Shown here piece after piece: positions 47,109 to 57,431 of a stretch of 64,000 nt of DNA; the stretch's first letter is position 1, and each line of letters starts with the position of its first letter. The stretch is from positions 30,132 to 94,131 of the forward strand of contig CAZYPW010000003.1 in assembly GCA_964649615.1 (NCBI GenBank), in the 5' to 3' direction. The notes below the pieces were generated by a model that worked only from the letters and a program-made list of their open reading frames with translations, made no database searches and was not told the DNA's origin. A program made the position numbers and the translations under genes. This DNA is from an uncultured Gammaproteobacteria bacterium. GTDB lineage: Bacteria > Patescibacteriota > Microgenomatia > Daviesbacterales > UBA10151.

Positions 47109-47909
47109 ATGCTAAGCGCAATTATAATTACTAAAAATGAAGAAAAATTCATAAAGGCTTGCTTAGAATCAGTTAAATGGGTTGATGAAATTATTATTTT
47201 AGATAATGGATCAACTGATAAAACAATAGAAATTGCAAAAAAATATACAGACAAAATTTCTATATTCAATGATTTAGATTTTGCCTCAATTAGAGATGAG
47301 GGTATGAAGAAAGCCTTGGGAAACTGGGTTTTATACATAGATTCTGATGAAAGAGTTTCTGGACAACTTAAGATTGAAATAGAAGAAATTATTAAAGGTG
47401 AAGAATTTGCAGCTTTTGCTATCCCTAGGAAAAACATCATTTTTGGTCACGAGGTTAACTATGGACCATTTTGGCCAGACTGGGTGATTAGGCTTATTAA
47501 AAAGGATAATTTAGAAGAATGGGTAGGAAAAGTTCATGAATACCCAAAATTTAAAGGAAAGCTTGGATACTGTAAAAATTACTTTTATCACCTGACTCAT
47601 CGTGATATAGACCAGATTGTTTTAAAGAGTCTGGAATGGTCAAAAATAGATGCACAACTAAGACTTAATGCAAATCACCCAAAAATGTCAGGCATTAGAT
47701 TTTTAAGAATCTTATTTAGTGAGCTTTTCTATCAGGGAATAATTAGAAAAGGATTTTTTGCAGGTACTGTTGGTATGATGGACGCTGTTTTACAAACCTT
47801 CAGCATGTTTATTACCTATGTTAGATTATGGCAATTGCAACAAGATAAACCCCGAGATGAAATTTATCAAGAGATAGATAAGGAACTGATCAAAAATAAT
47901 TTTAATTAA
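47109..47909 (+). CDS. GT2 glycosyltransferase (paralog)
   Basis: LSAIIITKNEEKFIKACLESV...ILDNGSTDKT...YIDSDE. C-terminal ...ITYVRLW. Confidence 0.75.
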   Translation: MLSAIIITKNEEKFIKACLESVKWVDEIIILDNGSTDKTIEIAKKYTDKISIFNDLDFASIRDEGMKKALGNWVLYIDSDERVSGQLKIEIEEIIKGEEFAAFAIPRKNIIFGHEVNYGPFWPDWVIRLIKKDNLEEWVGKVHEYPKFKGKLGYCKNYFYHLTHRDIDQIVLKSLEWSKIDAQLRLNANHPKMSGIRFLRILFSELFYQGIIRKGFFAGTVGMMDAVLQTFSMFITYVRLWQLQQDKPRDEIYQEIDKELIKNNFN

Positions 47910-47912
47910 CCC

Positions 47913-48995
47913 ATGAAAACTGCAATTTATTCTCCATACTTGGATACATTAGGTGGCGGAGAACGCTACATAATGACTATTGCTGAGATTTTAGCAAAAG
48001 AACATCAGGTAGATATTCTTTTGGATTCACATTTGTATTTATTAGATATGGAGGGAATTATAAAAAAAATTTCAGAGAGATTTGGACTTAATTTAGAAAA
48101 GGTAAATCTAGTAAAGGCTCCTTTGGGTAAAGATTCCAATATTTTGGAAAGGGCATTTTTTTTAACCAAATATGATCTACTAGTATATTTAACAGATGGA
48201 AGCATTTTTTACCCAACTTCAACAAAAAATATATTACATATCCAGTCTCCCATAAAGGGGCAACCAGCTAAAGGAATTTGGGGAAAAGTAAAGCTTAATG
48301 GTTGGGATTTGATAATTTATAATTCTGAGTTTACCAAAAATAACTGCCAAAAATATTGGCCTATCAAAAGTGAAGTGGTTTATCCACCTGTCGATGTTGA
48401 AAATATAAAGCCTTTAGCAAAAAAGAAAAATATTTTATCTGTGGGAAGATTTTTTAACTTTCTGCGTGATAAGAAACATTCTGTACTAATAAAAGCATTT
48501 AAAAAGATTCATAAAGAAAAAAATAGAGAATGGAGCCTAAATTTAGTTGGTTCAGCCCAAGAGGGAGATAAGCCATATTTGGAGGAATTAAAAAAAGAGG
48601 CAAAAGGTTTACCTGTGAATTTTTTTCCTAACCTTGAATATCAAAAGCTGATAAAACTTTTTGGTGAGAGCAGCATTTATTGGCATGCAGCTGGATTTGA
48701 TGAGGAAGACCCAATTAAGATGGAACATTTTGGTATTTCTACAGCTGAAGCTATGGCAGGGGGATGTGTTCCTGTAGTAATAGGAAAGGGTGGCCAATTA
48801 GAAATAATTGAACAGGGGAAAAACGGTTTTTTATGGAAGACAATAGAAGAATTAATATATTACACAAAAAAGTTAATTGGCGACGATAAGCTTTTAAGTA
48901 CTTTATCTAAGAATGCTACTTTGCGAAGCAAAAAATTTAGTGTAAGTAATTTCAAAAAAAATATTGAGAAGCTTTCATTAGTTAATGACTTTTAG
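47913..48995 (+). CDS. GT4 (group 1) glycosyltransferase
   Basis: EHFGISTAEAMAGGCVPVV...GGQLEII (E-x7-E GT4 motif region). 360 aa. Confidence 0.75.
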   Translation: MKTAIYSPYLDTLGGGERYIMTIAEILAKEHQVDILLDSHLYLLDMEGIIKKISERFGLNLEKVNLVKAPLGKDSNILERAFFLTKYDLLVYLTDGSIFYPTSTKNILHIQSPIKGQPAKGIWGKVKLNGWDLIIYNSEFTKNNCQKYWPIKSEVVYPPVDVENIKPLAKKKNILSVGRFFNFLRDKKHSVLIKAFKKIHKEKNREWSLNLVGSAQEGDKPYLEELKKEAKGLPVNFFPNLEYQKLIKLFGESSIYWHAAGFDEEDPIKMEHFGISTAEAMAGGCVPVVIGKGGQLEIIEQGKNGFLWKTIEELIYYTKKLIGDDKLLSTLSKNATLRSKKFSVSNFKKNIEKLSLVNDF

Positions 48996-49022
48996 GCAAT
49001 TTTTGTGTTAATCTACTGAATT

Positions 49023-50285
49023 ATGAAGTTAATGGGAGAGTTAAAATTTTGGTTATTTATAGGATTATTATTACGCCTTTTATTAATGGTAACTACCTTC
49101 CATCCTGATTTTACAGCTTTTGCTCTAGCAGGATTTGTAATTTCCGAAGGGCATATTATAGATGTCTATGATTATTTATTTAACCTCCCATCAAGCCACC
49201 CTTTTTATAATGTTTTTGGCATAAATACTTTTGGTTATCCACCCCTGGCCTTACTTTTTGCCTCCTTGCCCTCACTGATATTCTACCCGTTAATGGATCG
49301 TTCCTTTCAAGAAATGTTTTTAGTCAATCCATACCAATTCTTTGGTAATTTCTCTTTTGAAACCCAATTTTATTTATTTTTGCGAAAATCCCATTATCTT
49401 ATATTCGACTTTTTAAGCTTAATCTTGTTATTAAAATTGGTTCCTTTTGAGAGAAGAAAACTGCTATTTTTACTTTGGATTTTTAATCCACTGGTGCTTA
49501 TAGCTGATTATTCAATGGGGCATTTTGATGTAATTCCAACTTTTTTTGTAATTTTATCCCTATTTTTTATTTTTAAGAACAATCCATATTTGGCATCTCT
49601 TGCTATAGGCATGGGAGGTGCAACTAAGTTTTTTCCGTTTTTGTTTCTTCCTTTTATAGTGCTTTTATATGGCAAAAATTTTCTAGAAAAATTTAAACTT
49701 TTGCTAATTGGTATATTACCGATGGTTTTGGTATCTTTACCTTACTTACGGTCTCCGGTGTTTAAGTCAAATGTGCTTGCTTCCCCTGAATCTCAGAAAG
49801 CTCTTTTTGCTGGTGTGAAAGTTTCAGGAGCTGATACCCTTTATATTTTTACCATAGGCTATATCTTAATTCTTATCTTTGCCATTATCCACAAGGCAAA
49901 AGGATTTGAATTCATCTGGAAGTACTTTTTTGCCGTTTTGTTGCTTTTTTTAGCTATTACACATTTTCATCCTCAGTGGTTTCTCTGGGTAACACCATTT
50001 CTAATTTTTTTCATTGTGGAAAAACAGAACCTCTGGAAACTAACAGGAGTTTTTTTCCTATTTTATCTGGGAATTCTTTTTACCTTTGAACCTTCTTTGC
50101 ATTATGGTTTATTTGTTCCACTTTTTCCTCATCTTAAAGATGCACCTAGAATATTGGATTCTTTCAAGAGCATATATGAGCCATCACTGATAACTAGTAG
50201 CTTAAGAAGTGTTTTTGCCGGTATCTCCATTAGTTTAATTTTAATAACCTTAAATAGTGCTAGGGAAAAAGCAAAGACAAAATGA
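49023..50285 (+). CDS. Polytopic membrane protein, possible GT-C mannosyltransferase-like (DUF2029/GT87-like)
   Basis: 420 aa, about 10 TM, short loops. No soluble domain. Confidence 0.4.
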   Translation: MKLMGELKFWLFIGLLLRLLLMVTTFHPDFTAFALAGFVISEGHIIDVYDYLFNLPSSHPFYNVFGINTFGYPPLALLFASLPSLIFYPLMDRSFQEMFLVNPYQFFGNFSFETQFYLFLRKSHYLIFDFLSLILLLKLVPFERRKLLFLLWIFNPLVLIADYSMGHFDVIPTFFVILSLFFIFKNNPYLASLAIGMGGATKFFPFLFLPFIVLLYGKNFLEKFKLLLIGILPMVLVSLPYLRSPVFKSNVLASPESQKALFAGVKVSGADTLYIFTIGYILILIFAIIHKAKGFEFIWKYFFAVLLLFLAITHFHPQWFLWVTPFLIFFIVEKQNLWKLTGVFFLFYLGILFTFEPSLHYGLFVPLFPHLKDAPRILDSFKSIYEPSLITSSLRSVFAGISISLILITLNSAREKAKTK

Positions 50286-50935
50286 AAAAGTTAAAAAAAT
50301 TAGAGGATATTTGGAATCAAGTGCCTCCTGATTACTACCAGACTGGAGTTAAAAGTAATGCCTTTCAGTGGATTTGGCATAGTTGGAAATGGTATTCAAT
50401 AAAACAAATACTAAAGTTTGCAAAGATTGAGGCTTTAAAAATTCTTGATATTGGTTGTGCTTCAGGTTATCTTACTTTTCAAATAGCCACTTTTTTTCCT
50501 AATGCAGAAGTTGTGGGGATTGATTCCTATAAAAGAGCTATAGAATATGGCCAAAAAATTTATCCAAATATTAAATTTAAAGTAGGTGATGCCCATAAAC
50601 TTCCCTTTAGTAATGAGAATTTTGACTTGATAACTTGTATTGAAACCTTGGAACATGTTGAAGCACCTGAAGAAGTAATTAGAGAAATAAAACGTTGTTT
50701 GAAAAAGAATGGAAAAGTTTTAATTGGCCAAGATACAGATAATTTACTTTTTAAAATTATTTGGTTGATTTGGACAAAGTCTCGAGGTAAAGTTTGGCAT
50801 AATTCTCACATTCATCCCTATGGAGCAAAAGATTTAGAAAAATTGATAAAAAGATGCGGCCTAAGGATTGTTAAGAAAAAACTATCTCATTTTGGTTTAG
50901 AAATATTCTTTTTAGCAGAAAAATCCAGTCCTTAA
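50282..50935 (+). CDS. Class I SAM-dependent methyltransferase
   Basis: ILDIGCASGYLT (motif I), FDLITCIETLEHV, KKNGKVLI. 217 aa. Confidence 0.75.
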   Translation: MKKLKKLEDIWNQVPPDYYQTGVKSNAFQWIWHSWKWYSIKQILKFAKIEALKILDIGCASGYLTFQIATFFPNAEVVGIDSYKRAIEYGQKIYPNIKFKVGDAHKLPFSNENFDLITCIETLEHVEAPEEVIREIKRCLKKNGKVLIGQDTDNLLFKIIWLIWTKSRGKVWHNSHIHPYGAKDLEKLIKRCGLRIVKKKLSHFGLEIFFLAEKSSP

Positions 50936-52446
50936 TGAAAGATTTAAAGTATTGGTTAATATTAACTTTTTGCCTGATATTTTTTTGGTTCCTATTAACT
51001 TTTAGAATTACTGATGTGCCTCCAGGTATAAATGGTGATGAGGCAACCTTAGGTAAGAATGCCATATTGCTATCTCAAAATTTACATGATGAGAATAAGA
51101 GATTTCTTCCTCTGTTTGTTTCCGCTCATGATGGTAAGGATTGGAAACCGCCAGTAAGCATGTATACAACAGTAATTTTTTTTAAATTATTTGGGCCTTC
51201 ATATTATATATTGCGTAGCGTTAGTGTTTTCCTAATTCTTGTTAGCGCCACTCTTTTATTTATCACTTTGAAAGATTTATTAAATGTAAAATTAGCTTTT
51301 GCGGGTTTTTTGATCTTTATGACAATTCCTGCAGTTACAATTCAATCCCACTTAGCTTTAGAAAATATTGCTTTATTGCCTTTTGTGATTCTTTGGATTT
51401 TTATGCTCATAAGATATCAAAAAACCGCAGAGAATAGGTATTTAATATTATCAGGCATTAGTTTAGGAGCTGGTTTATATTCCTATGGATCTTTGAGGCT
51501 CATGGCACCTGTTTTTGCTTCATTAACATTTTTTTACATTCTTAAAAAAGGAAGAATATTACTATCTCACAAAATTAGAAAGCTGGCTTTTTTTACAATT
51601 GGGCTAATGCCCTTTGTTTTATTTTTTATAATAGTAAAAAAAGAATATCCTGGTGCGTTAGGTAATTATAATAGGCCCACCATGCCCGCTAGTTATCAAG
51701 AATTTTTCTTACCCTATCTTTCTGCTTATGATTTAAGCTTTCTTTTTATAAAAGGAGATGCTACTCCTTACCATTCAACTGGTACTCAGGGAGTTTTTCT
51801 TATGTCTACTTTACCTTTATTTTTGCTGGGTATTTATCAAAGCCTTAAAAAAAATGATCCAATTTTAAATTTAATTCTGGCAGCTTTTTTAACAGCCCCC
51901 TTATTATTAGGATTTGTTCCATCAGTTTATAGAGGGAGCAGGCTTTTAGCAATTTTACCCCTTTATACTGTAATTGCCACAATAGGAGTTGAATTTTTAT
52001 TAACAAAAAATCTTATATTTTTAAAGAAAATGTTTTTAAGTTTGATAGTAGTTATTATTTTCCTAAATTTTTGTGATTTTATAAATGATTATTGGTTTAA
52101 ATATCCAGAAAGAGTTAATCAACATTTTGAAAAACCGATCCATAATGTGTATGAAAAAGTATACCAATTATCAAAAAAAGAAAATCTAAAAGTTTATATA
52201 CAAGATGATATACCTGCCAGAAACCCTTATGCTTATGATTTCTTAGAACAATCATATTTCCCAGAAGGTTTAGAAAGATGGAAAGGGACATGGACTATAC
52301 CAAAGAAAAGTTTAGTTATAATAACTGTACACACTTTTAATAAGTCTTTAGTGCCAAAAGAACTAGAGGTAATTAATAATGGTTCTTTAGATCTTATTTT
52401 GTTAATAAATAGATCAGATAAAGATTTATCTATAAATGAAACCTAA
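50935..52446 (+). CDS. GT39/ArnT-like GT-C glycosyltransferase, tandem array member 1
   Basis: DVPPGINGDEATLGKNAILL...FGPSYYILRS first-loop motif. About 11 TM. Confidence 0.7.
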   Translation: MKDLKYWLILTFCLIFFWFLLTFRITDVPPGINGDEATLGKNAILLSQNLHDENKRFLPLFVSAHDGKDWKPPVSMYTTVIFFKLFGPSYYILRSVSVFLILVSATLLFITLKDLLNVKLAFAGFLIFMTIPAVTIQSHLALENIALLPFVILWIFMLIRYQKTAENRYLILSGISLGAGLYSYGSLRLMAPVFASLTFFYILKKGRILLSHKIRKLAFFTIGLMPFVLFFIIVKKEYPGALGNYNRPTMPASYQEFFLPYLSAYDLSFLFIKGDATPYHSTGTQGVFLMSTLPLFLLGIYQSLKKNDPILNLILAAFLTAPLLLGFVPSVYRGSRLLAILPLYTVIATIGVEFLLTKNLIFLKKMFLSLIVVIIFLNFCDFINDYWFKYPERVNQHFEKPIHNVYEKVYQLSKKENLKVYIQDDIPARNPYAYDFLEQSYFPEGLERWKGTWTIPKKSLVIITVHTFNKSLVPKELEVINNGSLDLILLINRSDKDLSINET

Positions 52447-54019
52447 AGAAAATTGGTTAATCGTTTTACTTATTATTTTAGCACTATTTATCCGAATAGT
52501 TCCTATAGATTTCCCCTTTTTTACATCTGATGAAGCAAGGATAGCTGTTAGAGGATACTCTCTTGCCACCAGCGGTAAGGATGAGTTAGGTAGGTTATAT
52601 CCGCTGCTTTTTAACTCACTAGTTGACTACCAATTGCCTGCTGTATCATATATTACAGCTTTGGGTGAAATTGTTTTTGGCAGGTCTGATTTTGGAGTAA
52701 GACTGCCATTTATTCTATTAGGGGTGGCTCAAGCCTTATTAATTTACAAAATAGCCCAATTTTTTAGTCCTAGGAAAGAGTTTTGGTTTTTTGCTTCATC
52801 AGTGACAGCATTCTCTCCCGGCTTAGTTTTCTTTTCTAAAACTCCCAATGAATACATAGTTTTAGTATTTCTACTTTCTTTTCTATTTTACTCTTTAATC
52901 AAAAGTAACCCAAACTCAAAGCTTATTTTAATCCTGATTATTTTACTGTTTCTATCATCCAAATTTGCTTGGTTTATAGTGCCTCCATTTGTAATATTAA
53001 CCCTGATATTTTTTCCGCATAATTTACAAAGGAAAACTAAGCTCAAAATTTCTTTAGTGTGTATTTTAATATCATTTTTAGCTCTCCTTATTTTTTGGCA
53101 GGTTCCCCAATCAGGCAGGTCACTTCTAGAGAATAACTTTTCTATTTTTTCTGACCTGACCATAAAAAATGGCATTAATCAGTTAAGAGGGCAGGGATTA
53201 CAGTCTCATTGGCCTTCCTTCTTGGAAAAAATACTTTTTAACAAAGTACATTTTCTAGTAGTAGGTTTCTTAAACTGGTTTTCTCAACTGCAGCCAGCAA
53301 ATTTCTTTGGATCTATTAATGCAGGTATTTTACAAAAAGTATTGATTATCCCTTTTGTGATTGGATTGGGATACATAATTAGCAGGGGCAAGCGAAAGGA
53401 GATTATGCTGTTAATTTATCCATTTTTCTTAACTTTTCCTTTACTGTTTCTATCATTGAATAATAGCAAGGAGCTAATTTTATTTGCCTTGCCTTTTGTT
53501 TCTTTAATCATAGCTTTAGGATTTATTCATCTTAACCATATAGCCAGAGTCCTTATTATAGGCATCATGGTTTTTGAAATTGGAATTAATTTTTTAAATT
53601 TAGATATGAATAAAAAGATAAGTAATGAGTTACGGCCTTCCTGGGTAAAGGAGATGATAATAGATGGTTTAAATACTTCTTCAAGCCAAAGAGTAGCTTT
53701 TTCTGATGATTTGACAAATGATATTGCACCTTTCATTCAATGGTTTGGAAAGCTAGAAGCTAAAGATTATGAAGATATAAAATTTCCCTATAAATTTCGC
53801 CAAAACAGGGTTTCAGGCATAAAAATTATCAGCTCAGATAGGATTTTTTATAAATGTGGTTATGATAAACCTACCTATATTATTGCCAGCAAAAGAGATG
53901 TAGCAGAAATTGAAAGATGGTTAAATGTAAAAACGGAGGAAATCACTATAAAAGCATATAAAGATAATTTAGGTTATGAGGTAGCTTACTTTTTTGAACC
54001 AACCATATGCATTCAATAA
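52436..54019 (+). CDS. GT39/ArnT-like GT-C glycosyltransferase, array member 2
   Basis: FFTSDEARIAVRGYSLATSGKDELGRLYPLLF...GVRLPFILLG. Confidence 0.65.
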   Translation: MKPKENWLIVLLIILALFIRIVPIDFPFFTSDEARIAVRGYSLATSGKDELGRLYPLLFNSLVDYQLPAVSYITALGEIVFGRSDFGVRLPFILLGVAQALLIYKIAQFFSPRKEFWFFASSVTAFSPGLVFFSKTPNEYIVLVFLLSFLFYSLIKSNPNSKLILILIILLFLSSKFAWFIVPPFVILTLIFFPHNLQRKTKLKISLVCILISFLALLIFWQVPQSGRSLLENNFSIFSDLTIKNGINQLRGQGLQSHWPSFLEKILFNKVHFLVVGFLNWFSQLQPANFFGSINAGILQKVLIIPFVIGLGYIISRGKRKEIMLLIYPFFLTFPLLFLSLNNSKELILFALPFVSLIIALGFIHLNHIARVLIIGIMVFEIGINFLNLDMNKKISNELRPSWVKEMIIDGLNTSSSQRVAFSDDLTNDIAPFIQWFGKLEAKDYEDIKFPYKFRQNRVSGIKIISSDRIFYKCGYDKPTYIIASKRDVAEIERWLNVKTEEITIKAYKDNLGYEVAYFFEPTICIQ

Positions 54020-55623
54020 TAATTATAATTTTGATAGGATCATTTTTGCGCTTTTATCAGCTTGCTGAATACCCAATACATCTAAACCATGATGAAATAA
54101 CTCAACTTTATGATGCCATATCAATCGCCCAAACAGGTAAAGATATTTACGGTAACTTCCTACCGTTTATTTTTTCGTCAGTGGGAGATTTTAAGCCCCC
54201 TTTTTATACTTACATAACCAGTTTATTTTATTTTTTATCTGGCTGGAGTGAATTAACTATTAGATTACCTGGTGCTATTTTTGGTGTTTTAATCATACCA
54301 GCAGTTTATTTTTTTACACAAAAGTTTTTAAGCAGTCGAGGCATTGCTTTAATTGCTGCTTTTTTTACTGCCATAGCTCCATTTGAGATATACTTTTCAA
54401 GAAAAAGCTTTGAAAATGGTGCAGGGATATTCTTAATGCTTACTGGCTTTTTATGCCTGCTCAATTACTTTACAAACAAAAAACCCCGTTGGTTATATCT
54501 TGCGTCCTTGGTATTTGCAGCTGGAATGTATACTTATTTTTCCCACGCCATAATTATTCCGTTATTAATAACCGTTTTTATTTTTATATACAGGAATTAT
54601 TTTTCATCTAAATTAAGTAGCTATTTTCTTCCAATTGTATTTTTTATAACCTTGATTTCACCTCTAATTTTTATGATTCTGACAAATCCTGATGTAAGAT
54701 ACAGATCTCAAACAGTTTTTATATCTCAGGATGTTGCCTTAGGTCACCAATTAGAGCTTGGAAAAACTAATAATCTCGTAACTAACTTTCTATTACAAGG
54801 AAGCATTATATTAAGTTATAGTTTTGATAGATACCTAAGACAGTTTGACCCAATATATTTATTTTCCAATGGTTTAGATTTAACTAACCAAGGTTTATTG
54901 GGCTCTGGTCCTTTGCTTTTAGTACAATTCCCCTTTTTGATTTTTGGAATAATTAGCCTCCTAAAAAATCCAAACCAACAAAGAGCAAAGAAGTTTATAG
55001 CTACATGGATTTTAATAGGTATGCTGCCAAGTGCTTTTACTTTTGAAAGCCATAGTCCTCATAGAGTGGCTATGGTTTTTACCATGCTTAATATAATTTC
55101 TGCAGTTGGGCTTTATTATTTTTTAAAATCCATTAGGCATTTTAAGCAATATTTTTTAAGTACTTTAGCCCTAGTTCTACTGCTAAATCTGGTATTTTTT
55201 TTGCACATATATTTTGTTAATTTCCCTTTTGAAAAATCTCATTATCTTCAGTATCCCTTTAAAGAAGTAGCTAAGTTTGCTTGGTCTGAATATCCCAATT
55301 TTGAAACAATAGTTTTTGATCCCCAATTTGGCGATACAGCTCCGTTTATTGGAACAGGCGCGCATTATTATTTGGCTTATTATGGGCATTATTCGCCCAA
55401 GAAATTTCAAGAGAATTTTCACAAAGGATCAAATCCAAGAGAGGTAATTTTTGATAAATTCTCTATAAGGCAAGTATATTGGCCTGCAGATAAGGATAAG
55501 AAAAATACACTTTTTATTGTAAGCATATGGAGTGTTCCTCTGGATACAGTTGACCCTAGTAAGATCATTAAAAGATTTAATTTTTATAATGGTAAATTGG
55601 CCTTCTATGCCATAAAATTATAA
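54007..55623 (+). CDS. GT39/ArnT-like GT-C glycosyltransferase, array member 3
   Basis: LNHDEITQLYDAISIAQTGKDIYGNFLPFIF...TIRLPGAIFG. Confidence 0.7.
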   Translation: MHSIIIIILIGSFLRFYQLAEYPIHLNHDEITQLYDAISIAQTGKDIYGNFLPFIFSSVGDFKPPFYTYITSLFYFLSGWSELTIRLPGAIFGVLIIPAVYFFTQKFLSSRGIALIAAFFTAIAPFEIYFSRKSFENGAGIFLMLTGFLCLLNYFTNKKPRWLYLASLVFAAGMYTYFSHAIIIPLLITVFIFIYRNYFSSKLSSYFLPIVFFITLISPLIFMILTNPDVRYRSQTVFISQDVALGHQLELGKTNNLVTNFLLQGSIILSYSFDRYLRQFDPIYLFSNGLDLTNQGLLGSGPLLLVQFPFLIFGIISLLKNPNQQRAKKFIATWILIGMLPSAFTFESHSPHRVAMVFTMLNIISAVGLYYFLKSIRHFKQYFLSTLALVLLLNLVFFLHIYFVNFPFEKSHYLQYPFKEVAKFAWSEYPNFETIVFDPQFGDTAPFIGTGAHYYLAYYGHYSPKKFQENFHKGSNPREVIFDKFSIRQVYWPADKDKKNTLFIVSIWSVPLDTVDPSKIIKRFNFYNGKLAFYAIKL

Positions 55624-55695
55624 TCACTAGCAGAAAACCCCGTTTTCTTAAAACGAGGATGAATGCTAAAGTGATTACAGTCTTCCGCGGGATAG

Positions 55696-55769
55696 GTGGT
55701 ATACTGAGTTAAGGTTTTCTGCAGTTTCTTGTAAACTTTTAAAGAAAACCGCGGACTCTCAGTCCGCGG
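55696..55769 (+). promoter_or_regulatory. Extended -10 promoter (TGgTATACT) followed by a perfect GC-rich palindrome CCGCGGACT-ctc-AGTCCGCGG 13 nt upstream of the next GT39 start
   Basis: TGGTATACT at 55696-55704. 9-bp-arm palindrome at 55749-55769. Both read directly from sequence. Confidence 0.4.
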
Positions 55770-55781
55770 AAGTTTATAACT

Positions 55782-57431
55782 ATGAAATACAAATTATTGA
55801 TTCTTGGATTGATAGTGCTCCTGGCATTTTTTCTTAGGTTTTATAAAGTGACTGAAATTCCGCCTGCCTTAAATTGGGATGAAGTCTCAATTGCATATAA
55901 TGCATATTCTATTTTGCAAACTGGAAAAGATGAGTGGAATCAATTCTTTCCTCTACACTTTAAAGCTTATGGAGAATACAAATTACCAATCCAAATATAC
56001 TTAAGTATTCCAGCCATATATCTATTTGGTTTAAATGAGCTGGGGATTAGAATAACACCTGTTATATATGGAACTTTGACAGTTTTGGTGATGTTTTTTT
56101 TAGGAAAAGAGATTTTTGGAAGTATCGTAGTGGGGTTTATTTCAGCTTTTTTGCTGGCAGTTTCTCCGTGGCACATCCAGCTTACCAGGGGTTCTTTCGA
56201 ATCCTCTTTTGCGACATTTTTTGTTACTTTAGGCATTTGGCTTCTTCTCAAAGGTTTTAAAAATAATAAGTGGTTTGTTGTTGCTATGGTCCCATTTGCG
56301 CTGTCAGCTTTTACCTATAATACTGCCAGGATTTTCACCCCGCTTTTCCTACTGACGACAGGTTTCTTATATAGAAAAATATTGATTCGTTCAAAAGAAT
56401 TTGTAATATACTCAATAGTAGTATTCACCATATTACTTTTACCACTAACACCGTATGTTTTAAGCGGAGAAAGAAGTGCAAGGTATAAATTAGTCAGCAT
56501 TACTGATGATCCAGGCCTGGTTCCTCGCATTAATGAGAATAGGGGAAACTCTAAATTACCTGCTCCTTTGCCAAAATTAATACATAACAAAGTTACCTAT
56601 ATTTCTTTTTACTTTGTCAGAAACTACTTAGCTCATTTTAGTCCTCAGTTTTTATTTACTTCGGGTGCACCTCACAGGCAGCATCATGTTCAAAATATAG
56701 GACAACTTTATTTATTCCAAGCACCGTTTTTATTCATTGGGCTTATTTGGCTTTTTAAATTAAAACACAAATTCAAAAATCTATTATTATCTTGGGTATT
56801 ACTGGCATATATTCCAGTTTCAGTGACTGGCGATAGCATTCCTCATGCCCTAAGAACTCTTATTGCAGCTCCTTTTTATCAATTAGTTACTGCTTTTGGT
56901 TTTTGGGTTTCACTGAGGTTTATTAAAAAAAGCTCAAAAACAATTAAGCTAGCTTTTGCACTCATTTTAGCTATAATTGTAGTCTCAAGTATTACTTATT
57001 ATCTAAATCAATATTATAATATTTACCCTAAAAAATACTCTAGAGACTGGCAATATGGATACAAGCAAGTTATAGATTATATTAAGAAACATCAAGCAGA
57101 ATATGATTTAATTGTTTTTTCAAGGCACTATGGTGAACCGCATATGTTCACCTTATTTTTTTTAAATTATGATCCTGCAAAGTATCAAAGTGACCCGAAT
57201 TTAATAAGATATGAAACTAATGATTGGGTATGGGTTTTAAAGTTTGATAAATACTATTTTCCAGATTTAGGAGATGAGGGGACTCAATTTGAGGATATGG
57301 TTAAAAGCAGTAGGGGAAAGAAGATACTGTTTGTAGGTAGACCAGGTGATTTTCCAAGAGAAATACCAAGACTTTTATCAATTAATTTCCTAAATGGTGA
57401 GAATGCTTTTGATATCATAGAGGTTAAATGA
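55782..57431 (+). CDS. GT39/ArnT-like GT-C glycosyltransferase, array member 4
   Basis: EIPPALNWDEVSIAYNAYSILQTGKDEWNQFFPLHF...GIRITPVIYG. Confidence 0.75.
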   Translation: MKYKLLILGLIVLLAFFLRFYKVTEIPPALNWDEVSIAYNAYSILQTGKDEWNQFFPLHFKAYGEYKLPIQIYLSIPAIYLFGLNELGIRITPVIYGTLTVLVMFFLGKEIFGSIVVGFISAFLLAVSPWHIQLTRGSFESSFATFFVTLGIWLLLKGFKNNKWFVVAMVPFALSAFTYNTARIFTPLFLLTTGFLYRKILIRSKEFVIYSIVVFTILLLPLTPYVLSGERSARYKLVSITDDPGLVPRINENRGNSKLPAPLPKLIHNKVTYISFYFVRNYLAHFSPQFLFTSGAPHRQHHVQNIGQLYLFQAPFLFIGLIWLFKLKHKFKNLLLSWVLLAYIPVSVTGDSIPHALRTLIAAPFYQLVTAFGFWVSLRFIKKSSKTIKLAFALILAIIVVSSITYYLNQYYNIYPKKYSRDWQYGYKQVIDYIKKHQAEYDLIVFSRHYGEPHMFTLFFLNYDPAKYQSDPNLIRYETNDWVWVLKFDKYYFPDLGDEGTQFEDMVKSSRGKKILFVGRPGDFPREIPRLLSINFLNGENAFDIIEVK

